A DNA stretch of 64,000 nt from Nitrososphaerota archaeon (GTDB taxonomy: Archaea > Thermoproteota > Nitrososphaeria_A > Caldarchaeales > Calditenuaceae), in NCBI GenBank assembly GCA_041641295.1, contig JBEPYO010000001.1, positions 800,001 to 864,000 on the forward strand, in the 5' to 3' direction. Position 1 is the stretch's first letter, and every line of letters starts with the position of its first letter. Below the pieces are notes generated by a model. It searched no databases. It was not told the origin of the DNA and saw only the letters and a list, made by a program, of their open reading frames with translations. Positions 61,537 to 64,000 of this stretch are shown one piece after another. The translations under genes and the position numbers were made by a program.

Positions 61537-62823
61537 TTACGGCTGGACCCTTGTGGGTGTTCTGGGGAAGGGGGCGGCCATTCTGACGTGTGGCAGGTCG
61601 AGAATCCATTTGAGGACCCTCTCGACGCCCATCCCGAAGCCGGCGTGTGGGACCGAGCCATACTTCCTGAGGTCGAGGTACCAAGAGTAGTCCTCTGGCC
61701 TGAGGCCCTCCTCCAGTATCCTGCTCCTCAGCTCCTCGTAGTCGTCAATCCTCACACCGCTCCCCACAATTTCACCATTCCCCCGCGGCGCCAAGAGGTC
61801 TGCGCTCAGCGTAACCTCCCTGTTTGCGGGGTCCGGCTTGTGGTAGAAGGCCTTAAGCTTTTTCGGGAAGTGCGTGAGGAAGACGGGCTTATCGAACTCG
61901 CTGGATATTATCCTCTCCTCGTCGGCGCCTATGTCTATGCCCCACTCGGCGTCTACCCCATGCCTCCTTAAAATGTCCAAGGCCTCTGCATAGGTTATCC
62001 TCGGGAAGGGCCCCTCAACTTCTTCGGTCCTTATGCTCCTACCGAGAATCTTTAGCTCTCTCTTCGAGAGCTCGTCGACGCGCAGCACCACGTATCTTAC
62101 CAGCTCCTCTATAGTCTTGAGAAGGTCCTCGAAACCAGCGTAGGCCATCTCGGCCTCGACGTGCCAGAACTCTGTGAGGTGGCGGGTGGTGCGGCTCTTC
62201 TCAGCCCTAAAGCTGGGCTGGACGCTGTAAACCTTCTCCAGAGAGTAGATGGCTGCCTCTTGGTAGAATTGGACGCTCTGTGTAAGGTAGACCTTCTTGC
62301 CGAAGTAGTTTACCTCGAAGAGTGTCGCTCCACCCTCTACAGCGGCTGTGACTAGGGTGGGGCAGTCGATCTCGACAAACCCTCTAGACCTGAAGAACTC
62401 GTGGACCGCCCATATCAGGTTTGACCTAATCCTCATAACCGCAGTAACCCTCGGACTCCTCAGATAGAGGTGTCTGTTGTCGTAGAGGACTCTGGCTGTG
62501 ACGCCTTTTCTTATCGGGAAGTCGTCGAGCGACTGGCCTATCGTCTTGAAGTATGTGCAGCGGACCTCCACGCCCCCAGGCGCGCGCGGGTCGTGGGCGA
62601 CGGTGCCGCGGAGAATTACTGAGGATTCGCGGCCGGCCCTGCTTGCCTCCTCGAAGCTCTCGGGGCCAACCCTGCTGGCGTTGACTGCTACCTGTATGAC
62701 TCCTGTCGAGTCGCGAAGGTCGATGAAGAGGAGACGACCGTGGGATCTCTTCCTCCATACCCAGCCCCTAAGCTCGACCTCCTCGCCCTCAGGTGCGTCA
62801 AAGACCTCCCTAACACTCCTCAA
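61537..62823 (-). CDS. asnS: Asparagine--tRNA ligase
   Basis: PSFRAEKSRTTRHLTEFWH and YLDLRKYGSVPHAGFGMGVER (AsnRS-type motifs 2 and 3). Confidence 0.88.
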   Translation of the reverse strand: MRSVREVFDAPEGEEVELRGWVWRKRSHGRLLFIDLRDSTGVIQVAVNASRVGPESFEEASRAGRESSVILRGTVAHDPRAPGGVEVRCTYFKTIGQSLDDFPIRKGVTARVLYDNRHLYLRSPRVTAVMRIRSNLIWAVHEFFRSRGFVEIDCPTLVTAAVEGGATLFEVNYFGKKVYLTQSVQFYQEAAIYSLEKVYSVQPSFRAEKSRTTRHLTEFWHVEAEMAYAGFEDLLKTIEELVRYVVLRVDELSKRELKILGRSIRTEEVEGPFPRITYAEALDILRRHGVDAEWGIDIGADEERIISSEFDKPVFLTHFPKKLKAFYHKPDPANREVTLSADLLAPRGNGEIVGSGVRIDDYEELRSRILEEGLRPEDYSWYLDLRKYGSVPHAGFGMGVERVLKWILDLPHVRMAAPFPRTPTRVQP

Positions 62824-62863
62824 CCCAGACCATCATAGCGTGTGGGAGACCAATTATACATAG

Positions 62864-63520
62864 TTATGTCTGGCTTGTGGGTTGTGTTCTTGTCTCTGAG
62901 CCTGCCTCGTATGTGCCGAGCAGTATCATGGTTAGGGCGACAAGCTGGGCTGTGTGGCCGAGGATGTAGTATAGAACGTTCAGGGGGGTTAGGAAGAAGA
63001 AGACATGGCTTAGGAGGAGTGCTAGGAACCCGGTAAATATTTCTCCAGACCCTCTCGGCCTCCCGCTGGCCCAGTTGTGGGCTGTCTCCACTACCACGTA
63101 GACCAGTAGCCCCGCAGAGATGATCTCGAAAAGGGGGTTGTAGATGGTGAGCAGCAGGGGGGAGAGGGCCTGCACAGCTTGGGTGGGCCTGAGCCTAGAC
63201 GCGGCGTAGGCGGCCATGAAGATGACATAGGCGACGACCCTGACCACCGAGTAGATGACCTCTACAGTGATAAGGCCTAGGACTGGGTAGAGTAGAGACC
63301 TGCCTAGAGGCCCGGCCACCGCGACCACAAACCCTACCACCGCGACCCTGAAGAGCATGGCTGCCGACATGAAGGCGAACCCCACTCCGAGGAGAAGGAA
63401 GCCCCTAGAGCCGAGAATCCTGTAGGCCCTGAAGGACTGCACAGCTATGAAGATTCCTATCAATAGGCTTATGGCCTCAAAGACCACGTCGATTCTCAGG
63501 AGCGAGAGTATGCCTAACAA
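62864..63520 (-). CDS. Hypothetical 7-TM membrane protein
   Basis: Seven hydrophobic segments. Confidence 0.7.
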   Translation of the reverse strand: MLGILSLLRIDVVFEAISLLIGIFIAVQSFRAYRILGSRGFLLLGVGFAFMSAAMLFRVAVVGFVVAVAGPLGRSLLYPVLGLITVEVIYSVVRVVAYVIFMAAYAASRLRPTQAVQALSPLLLTIYNPLFEIISAGLLVYVVVETAHNWASGRPRGSGEIFTGFLALLLSHVFFFLTPLNVLYYILGHTAQLVALTMILLGTYEAGSETRTQPTSQT

Positions 63521-63574
63521 CCGCTAAACCCTAATGGGGGTGGGAGAAAAAATACGTATAGTCTTGCGGCATTC

Positions 63575-64000
63575 CTAGGCGTTTCCCGTGTAGGAGGTTT
63601 CTGGTGCTGGGCCGCCCCCGCGGAGATGAGGTCTTGCCGCGTATGCGTGGAGCCCGGTGGTCTGGTCTATTAGCTCTTTGAGGAGGTAGAAGCTTCTCTG
63701 GGAGCCGTCCTGCCTCGTCATCGTCACTCTATAGACGATTAGCTGGACTTGGTCGCCACTATTGAGCTTATCCTCGAAGGCGAGCCTGATTGTGCTTACC
63801 GACTTGTTGTCAACTAGCAGCCACATGGGAGTCTTAACCAAGACCCTGTCTGCTCCCGTCTCGATGACTAGGTAGCCCCTGTCCAGCTCGACAAGCCTCC
63901 CGGAGAGCTGGACCTCCTCGGTTGATACTGTGAAGTTGGGAGGTGGTCCACGCCCCCACCCTCTATGGTGCATCGATTGTGGACCCATGCCACCATGCAT
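63575..64000 (-). CDS. Hypothetical protein, probably partial; Gly/His/Pro-rich linker followed by an OB-fold-like domain
   Basis: LSGRLVEL...LNSGDQVQL; open to the window edge. Confidence 0.6.
   Translation of the reverse strand: MHGGMGPQSMHHRGWGRGPPPNFTVSTEEVQLSGRLVELDRGYLVIETGADRVLVKTPMWLLVDNKSVSTIRLAFEDKLNSGDQVQLIVYRVTMTRQDGSQRSFYLLKELIDQTTGLHAYAARPHLRGGGPAPETSYTGNA

Overview
Archaeal chromosomal window, probably from a thermophilic TACK/Thermoproteota lineage such as Aigarchaeota/Caldarchaeales (inferred from gene content, not a database result). It carries housekeeping genes (thermosome, ATP-dependent DNA ligase, GatDE, AsnRS, Nfo, PINA, MtnP, MptA/MptE/RFAP synthase, CoxMS-like, CtaB), two intron-containing tRNAs (Glu-TTC, Leu-CAA) and a stand-alone 5S rRNA. 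An AT-richer type I-A CRISPR-Cas island has two arrays (29 and about 68 repeats, hand-counted), and its cas1 carries an in-frame amber stop. The main discovery candidate is at about 9.0-10.1 kb: a divergent IS110/TasR-like protein (RuvC-like, coiled coil and Nop-like domains, without the IS110 catalytic-serine loop). Its 3' end overlaps a 166-nt rod-shaped RNA with a symmetric two-guide-like internal loop enclosed by a canonical bulge-helix-bulge, which predicts a 100-nt circular RNA made by the tRNA splicing machinery. Other leads: a PmoC/AmoC-like metal-ligand membrane protein, two decayed PCNA-like paralogs, CTG start codons, a frameshifted V4R gene, a LAGLIDADG relic and two overlapping spacers against one invader.
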